The notes under the pieces: model-generated | Databases searched by the model: none | The model's input: the letters and a program-made list of their open reading frames with translations, nothing else | Told to the model about the DNA's origin: nothing | Program-made: the position numbers and the translations under genes | Virus record (IMG/VR): IMGVR_UViG_3300026766_000001 | Span: 1 to 64,000 of that record | Strand: one strand, 5' to 3' | Origin: a virus | Lineage: Duplodnaviria; Caudoviricetes | Length of the DNA stretch: 64,000 bases | In this document: positions 53,909-63,295 of the stretch, piece by piece | Layout of the letters: each line of letters opens with the position of its first letter | Position numbering within the stretch: the first letter of the stretch is position 1

Positions 53909-54760
53909 ATGGCTAACGGACCGGAAAGAATTTTCACTGCGGCCCTTCGCCGTGCGGTAGAGGGGCAGAAGGTCGAACGCGTCGAGCTCGGGGCGGGCCT
54001 GCGGACGGCCAATAGGATTTCTTTGGCGGCCGTCGTGAACTACGCGGCGGAGCCAAAGGGCCGGGGCCGAGACAATGCACTGGCCTGGGTGGAAAAGGAG
54101 GCTGGTCGATATTGGGGCGCCGAAACAATGACCAGCTCGCATTGCTCGTGGCACCTGACCGCAGGCGATGCCCTGCTCCTGCTCGCCTACCGAGCGGGTG
54201 ACAGCGGCGTCTTAGGGGCGGCGAAAGCCCACGTGGCCCGGGGGCTGGCCCTGGACCGTCCACACGCGACGCCCGACGGGCGGATCGTGGAGCCCGGCGC
54301 CCGGTGCTTCCTGGTCGCGGGCTCCTCGCCGCCGGTAGCGATGGCTGACCAGCGCGAGGTCCGTAACCGCCGCTGGCAGGCGTGGCAGGGTGCCAAGCCG
54401 CGGCTGCCTCGCAATCTCGCTGCCCTGGACTGGACGCCGCTCTGGCTCTGGTCGTTCCTTGCCCACGAGAAGGGCCTGGTGGCCGACGTGCTTACCCTGT
54501 CCAAGAGCATTCCCCCGCCCAGCCTTGCCTCTCCGGTGACTGTCTGGCGCGCGGGGCAGCACCACGTATCGGCCTTCACCGAGCCGGTGCGGGAACACCT
54601 TCTGCGGCTCGCCTATTGGGCTGCTGAGATCGGCGGCATAGAGTCCTACGGCTGCAACTCGGACTGGCCAAAGGGGCTCGGCTCAACGTCTACGTACCCA
54701 GCCGACATGCCGGCGATGCCGAGTATCTCCGGCTTTACCCAGGTCGCCGAGATCCGGTGA
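53909..54760 (+). CDS. Hypothetical protein (possible paralog of 9076-10215)
   Basis: GGAGG RBS before ATG 53909. Confidence 0.65.
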   Translation: MANGPERIFTAALRRAVEGQKVERVELGAGLRTANRISLAAVVNYAAEPKGRGRDNALAWVEKEAGRYWGAETMTSSHCSWHLTAGDALLLLAYRAGDSGVLGAAKAHVARGLALDRPHATPDGRIVEPGARCFLVAGSSPPVAMADQREVRNRRWQAWQGAKPRLPRNLAALDWTPLWLWSFLAHEKGLVADVLTLSKSIPPPSLASPVTVWRAGQHHVSAFTEPVREHLLRLAYWAAEIGGIESYGCNSDWPKGLGSTSTYPADMPAMPSISGFTQVAEIR

Positions 54761-55190
54761 GCGCTTCCACCGCCCGCTCGCCTATCCAGCGGCCATACGC
54801 CGGCGGGATCGCCTGCGAAAGGTACTTCATCGGCATCCAGTCAATTCCCATCGCGGCACGGGCGTCCTCGACGCTAAAGGTCTCCCGCCCCGCAGCTCTT
54901 TCCTTCGCCTCCGGATTGGCGCCAGCGATCGTGAGCGTCTGGCGCCGTTTGAGTTTCCGTGGCGGTGTCATCATCCCGCCAGACATCACCGTGTGGTAGC
55001 TGTGGCCTGTGATGCTCAGAGCCTTCCGTTCGCGCCATCGGGCTTTCCCGCCGACGCCCATGCCGGTCCCGGTAACGCTCGTTGACTCTGGCGCATAGCC
55101 GTGCTGGCAGGCCGGGCGCAAGGCGATCGACCAGCTCGTCTCGAAGAGCCTGTGCCGGCGAATCTCGGCGCGCCCGTCCGGCGTCTTCCA
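54735..55190 (-). pseudogene. C-terminal remnant of a phage C5-cytosine methyltransferase
   Basis: EIRRHRLFETSW ... AMGIDWM...LSQAIPPAY..WIG; motifs I, IV and VI absent. Confidence 0.7.
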
Positions 55191-55342
55191 GGGCGGCCTC
55201 GGGCGCCTCGACAAAGTCGCTGTGCTCGGAGCAGAGGTAACGGATGCAGAGCCCGCCGAGTGGCTCTCGGAGAAGCAGCCGCCGGGCTGCCCGTCCGCAC
55301 TCCTGCTCGGTGGCCGGGTCCCAGAAGCCGCAGCCCCCCCCC

Positions 55343-56974
55343 TCACGGCACTCCGGACTCAACCGCTGCACCGGCATTGCCGGGCAGAGACCGTTCCCTT
55401 TCGATCTGGTCCTCACACCACATGACCTCGTATTTTTGGTCGAAGTCGTCTCCGACGTCACCGGCGCGCACCCTCTCGGCTTGGTAGCTCTTGGGGCTCA
55501 TCTTTCCAGCCAGGAAGAGCGTGGTGCTCCTGTCCATGGCCGTAGACGGCAATCCAAAGTCGTGAGGGATCGAGACGATGCCCCGCTTGGGCAGCCCCCC
55601 CAAGAGCGCCATCAATTCAAGGATCTTCTGCCAGGCGCGTTCCTGGAAGATCACCAACATTTCCAGGAACGAGCTGGCGTGGACGCCCTGGAGAGTGATC
55701 TCGCGAGCGGTAACCGGCGAGTCCGGCCGGTCCACGAAGATCTGGTGGTGAGCGTCGCGGATGGCACCGATTTTCCAGTCGATGAGATCTTTGATGGTCT
55801 TGACGGCTGACCCCGATATCTCGTGGATTTGCAGGGTGGCGGCGGGATCGTTGGAGATCCACAGCCGACCCATCCTGGAATCGGGCAAGGTGGGCTTTTT
55901 CGTCGTCGGATCGAGAGGTGCCCCCGTCCAACTCACGTGGGTCAGGGCCGCCTCCCGGGCCAGCCCCAGGATCTCGGAGTTCATGATCCAGATGGAATTC
56001 TGTGTATGCGCGGTCTCGAGAAACGGGCACTCGCCCCGCCAGGGCCCGACGCGCCGGCCGTAGTGCGGCACGAGAGGGATCTCGAATAGCTCGTCTGATG
56101 GGTTGTCCGGGACGATAAAACTTCGGCGGGACTCATCCTCCACCCATTCGTCCTCGTCGTCCTGTCGATAGATCTGCGTCCGCACAAGCCGCGCCTGCGC
56201 CTCCCACGGGGCTGCGTCGGTCAGCTTTGGCGCCTGTGGATCGCCAGCAGTTACCACTTTGTAAACCACGGAGGATTCCTCCTCCCAGGCGTTGGGGTCG
56301 CGGATGTCCAATGCCTGCTCCGGCTGCTTGAAGGCGATCTGGAGCAGCCTGGGCAAGCCGTCGGCTCCGTACTGCCAGATGATTCGCCCCATGTCCTCGC
56401 GGTCCAGGGAGACCACTCGCGGCCGCGCGCGCGCCAACTGCCGGCTGGCGACGTCCGGGAAGCTGCGCGGGTCGTTGTCGACGAAGCTGAACGCGATCCC
56501 CTCGAACAGAGAATCCTCGAAACGCTCGTGGGCGTATTGGTCGAGGCTCGCGCCGCGACCGTCAACGTCGTCCACCCATCCCGGAGTCCTCGCCACCTCT
56601 TCACCGTCCCCGGACTTCGCCTCCTCCCCCACCAGTTCGACGTCCCATCCCTGATAGTCGATCCGACTCCGAAACGGGAGCCGCGCCATGTCCTCTATCG
56701 ACTCCTTCCATGGGTTTGGAAGGTCGGACCTGTTGATCCGGCGGCTGTAGATCGTGTCGAGGTTGCCGAGAGCGGTCCCGAGCGTGCCGAGAGTGCCTGG
56801 CTGGCTCACCAGCTCGAGCTCGCCCGGGTTGGGGTAGTTGTACTTCCCCTGGAAGGCCAGTTTCCGCATGCGTGAGACGCCGGCGCGCAGGGCGCAGGCC
56901 AGCTCGTGGCGGTCATCGTCCTCCTGCAGCCACTTCTGCCGGGTTGCGACGCTGTTGCCCTTCTCGTTCGCCAT
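55343..56974 (-). CDS. Portal protein
   Basis: 543 aa; RPR.V.......I.W, LFEIPLVP.Y..R.G......PFL..AH.Q..W..S pattern of DUF4055-type portals. Confidence 0.8.
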   Translation of the reverse strand: MANEKGNSVATRQKWLQEDDDRHELACALRAGVSRMRKLAFQGKYNYPNPGELELVSQPGTLGTLGTALGNLDTIYSRRINRSDLPNPWKESIEDMARLPFRSRIDYQGWDVELVGEEAKSGDGEEVARTPGWVDDVDGRGASLDQYAHERFEDSLFEGIAFSFVDNDPRSFPDVASRQLARARPRVVSLDREDMGRIIWQYGADGLPRLLQIAFKQPEQALDIRDPNAWEEESSVVYKVVTAGDPQAPKLTDAAPWEAQARLVRTQIYRQDDEDEWVEDESRRSFIVPDNPSDELFEIPLVPHYGRRVGPWRGECPFLETAHTQNSIWIMNSEILGLAREAALTHVSWTGAPLDPTTKKPTLPDSRMGRLWISNDPAATLQIHEISGSAVKTIKDLIDWKIGAIRDAHHQIFVDRPDSPVTAREITLQGVHASSFLEMLVIFQERAWQKILELMALLGGLPKRGIVSIPHDFGLPSTAMDRSTTLFLAGKMSPKSYQAERVRAGDVGDDFDQKYEVMWCEDQIERERSLPGNAGAAVESGVP

Positions 56975-57042
56975 GGCCTTATCCCTCCGTGGGGATATAG
57001 CTTACCACCGGTCTTCCTGCTCGCCACCTGTTTCGGTGCCGG

Positions 57043-59733
57043 CTACCCGGGAAGATCCCCGTTCGCCTCTTCCGCGTCCAGCAGGTCGAATAGCGTCGGC
57101 GTGGCCGCCTCCTTCTCTGCGCGGTCGACGTAGAAGACCATGTCCCCGAAATACCTGCCAGAGAGCTCGCTCGCGACAGCTCGCCGCCTCATTTTGATCG
57201 CCATGTAAGGAACGGTGCCGATGCCGGCGAAGGGGTCGAGCACCACGTCTCCCTCGTTGGTGAACTGCCGAATCAGCCGCTCGACGATATCGAACTGCAG
57301 GGGGCACAGATGCATCTCGCGTCCCTTCTGCGCTTGGACCATGTTGAGGGTCCGCATCCTAGCCACGTTGGTCCAGACGTCCGGATGCCAGCTGTGGGGC
57401 GGCAGAAGCATGAAGGTGGCCGGCAAGCGCTCCATGTGGTCCAGGTCTTCGCCGATCGCTTGGTGTGCCTCAAAATTGTAGACGACCTCCAGCGATCGGT
57501 CCCGCCACAGTTTGTAGAGCGTGGCATGGGGCAGCTCGCGCAACTCGTCGGATGAAAGCAATCGGTCGCCGGAGCTGCGCGCGAAACCGTGGGCATCCAA
57601 CTGCCACCGCCACCGCGAGTAACCAGTTCCGGGGATCGGCTTGCGCCAATTCTTCTTGGAATCGAACGGCGCTGGCTTGCCGTGATCGTCGCACAGCGGT
57701 TTGTCTTTCACGACGGGAATATCCGCGTATCCGTTGCTCCGGTCGGTTGGTGGTTTCCGGAAGAGGAGCACGTACTCGGGAGCGCCGCACCCCATGCGAC
57801 TCCCGTCCTTGCATTGCTCACTCCATCCCAATCGGTAGGTTTGATTATTCTCCCGCACAACGTCCGTCACGACCGTCTTCCTCGCGAGAAATCCGAAGCC
57901 GCGCCGTTCGAAGAACTCGGCGCACTGGTCGCTGAAGCGAGAAAGGGTCTGAAACCCATACCCGTTCATTCCGCCCGGCGTGATGCGATCCTTACAATGA
58001 ATCGCCATCACTCTACCAGGCTGAAGGACCCGCAACAACTCTGGCGCGAGAAACTCCATCTGTCTCCAAAAGTGCTCATCGTTGTCGGTGTGCCCAAAAT
58101 CTTCCACGGCCGGCGTGTATTCGTACTGAGTGCTAAACGGAATACTGGTGACAATCATCCCGGCGCTGTCCGATTCCAGGCTTCGCGCTTCCAGAATGCA
58201 GTCGTTGTTCACCAATCGGGAGTGCTCGGTCACGACCTCCGTCCTTACCACGCCGCGAGTCCGCGCCAATGCACCGGCCGCGAGGTCGCGATTGAACCCG
58301 AACTCCCGGATGATTTCCGTCATCTTGCCGACCAATTCGATGTGTCGTTGCCACTTCCCTTCCAGCACCTTGCGAACTTGGCGCTCGGCTTCGGTGTAGA
58401 TGAGATCGATCTTGACAGGCCGATCCTGAAGGTAACGCTGTACACGGTGAATCGCCTGGATAAAGTCGTGGAACTTGAAGCCGATTCCCAAGAATATCGC
58501 CCAGCGGCAGTATCGTTGGAAGTTGCACCCGGAACCAGCTAGCACCGGTTTGGCGGCCAGCTCCGTGGCCCGCCCCTCAGAGAAGTCGATAATGCACCGC
58601 TCCCTCTCCTCGAGGCCCTGGGAGCCGTAGACGGTCAGTGCGGTCGGAATCGCGACCTCGATCGCCTTGCGCTCGTCTTCAAGGTCGTGCCAGAGCAGTC
58701 TGTGCTCCTCCGGCGCTTCCGCGCGGAGCTCCATCATCTTCTCAATCCGGCGGTCCAAGCTCCTGCGTTTCTCGGCCGCGGCGTCCTGCACTCCAATCGC
58801 GGCGTTGCGGAACATCCTGGCCTGGCCATCACGATCCGAACCGGCACCGTCGTGGTCGGTTGGGATCTCATGCCAGCGGACCTCCATCGGAGGCAACTCG
58901 TACCCCTCGTCCGAGAATCCGAGGTCGCTCGGCTTCTGGAGGAAAATGGCCCAGCTGTTCATCCAGAGCCAAAACTCGCGCTCCTTGTGGGGATGGAGGG
59001 TCAGCTTATCGGCCTGCGTACTGCTGCGCTTGAAAAAACGCGTCTTGGCACCCCCCACGTCCATGATTTCCAGGAACGCAGCGTAAGCGAGAAGCTCGAT
59101 GTACTCATTGGGAGAAGGCGTAGCCGTGGCCACGAAGCGGAATCGGATCTTCTGGTTGCCCTCGAAGAGTCGCATGAACTCCCGAAACACTTTCGTGCCA
59201 CCGAAGCCGCGCAGGCAGCCGGCCTCATCCAAGGAAACCCCGTCGAAGAGGTTCGGATCAAGGCGGCCATCGCGAATAGATTCGTAGTTCGTAACGTAGA
59301 TCCGCTGATTGCGCGGCTCGACTTCGAGACTCGGCAACTCGGCTTGCAGGACCTCTTCGGTCCTGCGGACGAAAGTGATTTGCGTCCCGACCATGGCCGC
59401 GTCGCGCTTGAACTCCTGTCGCACGCCGAGCGGCGCGACGATCAGACAACGGCCGGACCCGAGGTGCTTCAAGACGAGTCGCAGGATCTCGAGCTGTTGG
59501 ACGCCCTTACCGAGCCCGAAGCTCTCGAACAACGCGCGGCGGCCACCCGCCACGGCCCACCGGACCACGGCACGTTGATGGGGAAGGAGGATGGGGTGAA
59601 TCTCGTCGTCCGCAACCTCGAACCCCTGGCGGGTGCTCATGACGCCCTTGGCGTCGAGGAATGCTTCGTAGGGGTCAACGGCCTGTTCGGGTTGGACGGA
59701 CTCAGACTCTTCGTTTATGCTGGTGCCAGCCAA
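57043..59733 (-). CDS. SNF2-like helicase fused to an N4/N6 DNA methyltransferase
   Basis: FESFGLGK, LDEA, ATATPSPN, QAIHR..R; MTase VTSIPF and VLDPFAGIGT. Confidence 0.9.
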   Translation of the reverse strand: MAGTSINEESESVQPEQAVDPYEAFLDAKGVMSTRQGFEVADDEIHPILLPHQRAVVRWAVAGGRRALFESFGLGKGVQQLEILRLVLKHLGSGRCLIVAPLGVRQEFKRDAAMVGTQITFVRRTEEVLQAELPSLEVEPRNQRIYVTNYESIRDGRLDPNLFDGVSLDEAGCLRGFGGTKVFREFMRLFEGNQKIRFRFVATATPSPNEYIELLAYAAFLEIMDVGGAKTRFFKRSSTQADKLTLHPHKEREFWLWMNSWAIFLQKPSDLGFSDEGYELPPMEVRWHEIPTDHDGAGSDRDGQARMFRNAAIGVQDAAAEKRRSLDRRIEKMMELRAEAPEEHRLLWHDLEDERKAIEVAIPTALTVYGSQGLEERERCIIDFSEGRATELAAKPVLAGSGCNFQRYCRWAIFLGIGFKFHDFIQAIHRVQRYLQDRPVKIDLIYTEAERQVRKVLEGKWQRHIELVGKMTEIIREFGFNRDLAAGALARTRGVVRTEVVTEHSRLVNNDCILEARSLESDSAGMIVTSIPFSTQYEYTPAVEDFGHTDNDEHFWRQMEFLAPELLRVLQPGRVMAIHCKDRITPGGMNGYGFQTLSRFSDQCAEFFERRGFGFLARKTVVTDVVRENNQTYRLGWSEQCKDGSRMGCGAPEYVLLFRKPPTDRSNGYADIPVVKDKPLCDDHGKPAPFDSKKNWRKPIPGTGYSRWRWQLDAHGFARSSGDRLLSSDELRELPHATLYKLWRDRSLEVVYNFEAHQAIGEDLDHMERLPATFMLLPPHSWHPDVWTNVARMRTLNMVQAQKGREMHLCPLQFDIVERLIRQFTNEGDVVLDPFAGIGTVPYMAIKMRRRAVASELSGRYFGDMVFYVDRAEKEAATPTLFDLLDAEEANGDLPG

Positions 59734-60419
59734 GGGATGACCTCCTGTTTAGGCTCCTGCGGTTAGACCGGCCGGGCGTCGCAAGCGTCCGGCCTCGTCG
59801 TATTTGAGAATAGCACCAGAAAACCTACAACACCACCCCTCAGTCACTCCGGGATCTCCATCTGCTCTCGAACCCGTCGCAGCGGCTGCTCGATCTCGCA
59901 GGCGCCCAGGAAGGCGTAGGCCACCGCTTGCCGGAACGCTTCCTGCGTGAGCGCCGGCATCGACGTCGAGTCAGGAGTCATCCAACTGGCGCGGATGGCG
60001 ATTTGAGCAGTAGGGATCAACTCTGCGGTGATTCGGATCAGCCGGAGACTCGACGTCGCTGAGGAGACTTGGCGACATCGTCACCCTCCGGAGCAGGCGC
60101 GCGGTCAAAGAGTCACTCGCGGAGCGGCTCACGCCGAGGCCTTCTTTCCGTTACCATCGTAGCCGCAGATAGCGTCAAGGGCGCTACAGTGATACGCGAC
60201 CAAGGGGTCAGTCGCCGCGATGTCTAGGAGTCGTTCGCGCGTGCCCTCCCACTGCGACGCGAGGATGGAGATCTGGCCCGCCAGGTAAGCGGCGGATGCC
60301 GCGCCTCCCTTCGTGGCCTGCGCCTTCCGTGGCATTTTCACCTCCATGAAAGAGAGGGGCGACGTTGCCGGCAAACGCGTCTGGCGACGTCGCCCCCGCA
60401 TTGCGGGATCCCCTGGCCC

Positions 60420-60944
60420 CTAGGAGTTGTCGCCGGCGAAGGTGGTCTCCCCGGTCGCGGGGGTGGTCTCCGTCTCGGTCGGTGGTGGCGGAGCCGGCGG
60501 TGGCGCATTGGCCGCGTCCAGAGCGGACTGCAGGGCCGTCTTGGCGGCGGCCAGGGTCGCCTGGTCGGCGTCCATGCCATCCGACAGGGCGTTGAGGGGC
60601 GAAAGGTCGTTCTGGGCCAGAGCCTCCGCGACGGCCGCCTTGACGCGGTCGGGAAGCGTGCTCAGCGTGTCCACGGCCGTCTGGACCGTCGCCAGAAAGT
60701 CGGCGATGGCCGCGTGCGATTCGCCGCTCTCGCGGACGAAGCGATCCAGGGTCTCTTTGGTGTCCATTAGGATTGTCTCTCCTCGGGCAAAGCCCTCTCG
60801 AAGAAGTTGTTCGATGCGACGGAGGGACTCTGCCTGTGCGGCGTCCCCTCCGCCCGTTTCGTGTCCGCGGTGCCTCAACTCTTCGCGCAGCTCGTGCTTG
60901 ACGTGCTCCGCGATGCGCCCCGCAAGGTCTTGAAAATTCGGCAC
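60420..60944 (-). CDS. Helical hypothetical protein with Pro/Thr tail
   Basis: AGGAG RBS before GTG; coiled-coil character. Confidence 0.6.
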   Translation of the reverse strand: MPNFQDLAGRIAEHVKHELREELRHRGHETGGGDAAQAESLRRIEQLLREGFARGETILMDTKETLDRFVRESGESHAAIADFLATVQTAVDTLSTLPDRVKAAVAEALAQNDLSPLNALSDGMDADQATLAAAKTALQSALDAANAPPPAPPPPTETETTPATGETTFAGDNS

Positions 60945-60980
60945 GGCCTGCTCCTTTCCTCCTTTCGCCGGTGCGCGTCG

Positions 60981-61211
60981 TCAGATCCGCTTGAACTGGC
61001 CAGCGCCGCCCTGTCCGGGGCGTCCCTGACGGATGCACTGGATCAGCCCCTGGCTCTCCAGCGCGGAGATGTGCCGGCGCACCGTGGGGGCCGAAACTCC
61101 GGCGGCCTTCGCCAGCTCGTCTGCCGTGAAGACCTTGCCCTTACGGGCTGCCTTCGGGAGGGCCTTGGCCAGGCTCTCCACGGTGGATGGTTTGGTCGCC
61201 TCCTTCGCCAT
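60981..61211 (-). CDS. Winged-helix HTH protein
   Basis: FTADELAKAAGVSAPTVRRHISALESQGLI; AGGAGG RBS. Confidence 0.8.
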   Translation of the reverse strand: MAKEATKPSTVESLAKALPKAARKGKVFTADELAKAAGVSAPTVRRHISALESQGLIQCIRQGRPGQGGAGQFKRI

Positions 61212-61322
61212 CGTTCCTCCTTTCATTTCCGATTGTCGTTCCTTACCGATTCGAAACGTAGCATGTCGAACGGCGGGCGTCAAGCGGGCAGTGCGCAGCA
61301 ACCGCCTCGCGCCGACCGGTCC

Positions 61323-62330
61323 TCAGGGTTGGCGCGCGCGTGAAACGGTGGCCTGCTCGAGCCCGTCTCGCAACTGCTTTTGAAGCTCGGCCATCGCTTG
61401 CCCCTCGCCGTGGAGCGCGAACCTCTCTGCTCCAAGCCGATCGCCCTGATGCCACAGGAGATAGAGTCGGCGAGCCTGGTCTTTCGTAGCGGGCCCGAGG
61501 TCTACCCGGATATCAATCCGGCCACCACGAAGTAGGGCGGGATCGAAGTTCTCTGGATGGTTCGAGCAGACAAAGAGCACGCGCCCTCAGCCGCAGCAGG
61601 TCCGTCGATCGCTCCGAGCAGTCCGGCGAGAGTGATCCCTCCCGATGCCTCTTCGCGGGTAGGCAGCCGTGCGGCGTCGAGATCGTCCAGGAGCACGGCC
61701 GCCTTGGGACCGATGCGTGCCAGGGATTGCAGAAGCCCGGCGTCCGAGGCTCCCTTGCCAGTGACGTCCGGAATATGGAGCGCCATCCCGGCTTCGCTGC
61801 ATAAGGCCCGGACCAGTGAGCCCTTACCGCACCCCGGGGGGCCAAAGAGGCCGATGCTCAAGCGCCACGGCACGCCCCTGGAGGCGTACCAGCTCGCGGA
61901 GTTGAGGAAGTCGCGGACGGAGGCGAGTAGGTCTTCCGCCGTCGATCCCGGCAGGATGACGCTCGACAACGGCCGGGGCAGAGCTCCCTCCAGATCTACC
62001 CAATCGCCCCACTGATTGGCGATCCGCACTAAGCCGCGCTGATTCAAACGGCGCTCGCCATACTGCGCCGCCTCCCGGATGACCTGATGCAGCCATGACA
62101 AGTTCTGGCGAGCGGTGTAGAGAGTGGCGGTCTCGGCCGCCAGGGAGCGGGTCTCCGGGCTCGCGCTGGGAGGGCCATCTTCCTTCCCTCGGTCGAGCAA
62201 GATCCACTTGCCCTGCCATCGGATCAGGTGCCAGCCGCGGCGGAAGGTTCCTGGCCCACGCGATGAGGATGCCGGCGGCGCTCAACAGGAGAGCGGTCGC
62301 GGTCAGGTTGCCGCCCGAAAAGTACGCCAT
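61323..62330 (-). pseudogene. BCS1-like membrane AAA+ ATPase in three frames
   Basis: N-terminal TM; RPLSSVIL...L..VRDFL....WY..RG.PWR....L.GPPGCGK; LLDDLD; ITLAGLL.AIDG; SNH.E..DPALLR.GRID; breaks near 62240 and 61582. Confidence 0.8.
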
Positions 62331-62521
62331 CCCTCAGGTTCCCCACATCCGAAATTCAGCGACGTCGCCGGAGGACCCGCTGGCGACGATCGTCGCGGCC
62401 GGGAATCAGCGGGGAGGCGTCCGTCGAGGTGGAAAAGGAGGACGCGGCTCACGTCAGGCCACCCCCGCCAGCGTCTGTGCCCGATTGCTCATGGAGCTGA
62501 TCTTACCCCAAACCTCCGGGC

Positions 62522-62551
62522 TTGACGCAACCTTCGGAAGTACGGTATCAT
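62522..62551 (+). promoter_or_regulatory. Sigma70-type promoter
   Basis: TTGACG-18nt-TATCAT. Confidence 0.65.
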
Positions 62552-62579
62552 CGGCGACTCAGGGGAGGGTCAAAGGGAA

Positions 62580-62891
62580 ATGACCGAGGTCCAAGAATCC
62601 GACCAGGAACGCCTGTCCGAGCTTTTCGGCCACTTGACCGAAAGGCGACTCGCCATCTTCCTTGCGGCGGACGGCAAAACGCCCGTGACCGGTATCGCCG
62701 AGAGGACCGGGCTGTCTATGTCCGCGGTTTCGCAGCAGATCGCGAGACTCTCCGCCGCCAAGCTCCTGGTGAAACGCCGGGAGGCGCAGACTATTTACTA
62801 CGCAAGGAACCCGGCTATCGCCTCCGAGATTCAAGATCTCTGCGCGCGGCTGTTGCCAGTGGTGATTCACGGCGCCCTGGGCGGCGCTTAG
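62580..62891 (+). CDS. ArsR/SmtB-family regulator
   Basis: RRL.I.......V..IA...GLS.SAVSQQ...L..A.LL..RR..Q..YY. Confidence 0.85.
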   Translation: MTEVQESDQERLSELFGHLTERRLAIFLAADGKTPVTGIAERTGLSMSAVSQQIARLSAAKLLVKRREAQTIYYARNPAIASEIQDLCARLLPVVIHGALGGA

Positions 62892-63295
62892 GTGTCTTTG
62901 CTCTTCGTCCTCAAACGCGCCTTGCCGGTTGGGGTTCGGCGCCTTTATCAAAAGATTGGAGACCTGTCTCGTGGGTCCATCACGTCCCAACCTTGCGCAG
63001 TACCACCACCGACCCCCTGGGCAGCCGGGCGAGGGCGGCGGCTGACGCCAGGCGAAACGATCCTTGAACGGTCCCGAGCACCTTCCGACGCCCGAGCAGG
63101 CGGTAGGTCCAGGTCTGCTTCATGAGGGTTTCTCCTTTCGGGCTACAATCGTAGCATGTGGCGCCGATCTCTGCGCCGGTGGAGACGCCGATCCGGTTTC
63201 CGCAAGCCGATCCAGAGCCGGCGGGCGTGAAAGGTTCTACGGCGCCCCGAGCCGGCCGAACAGACAGGGCGTCTTCAGGACGTAGAGCGACAACC

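Noticed and set aside
57043-59733. DISARM/BREX-type defence system
   Set aside because: No accompanying drm or brx genes; matches the stand-alone phage helicase-methylase fusion
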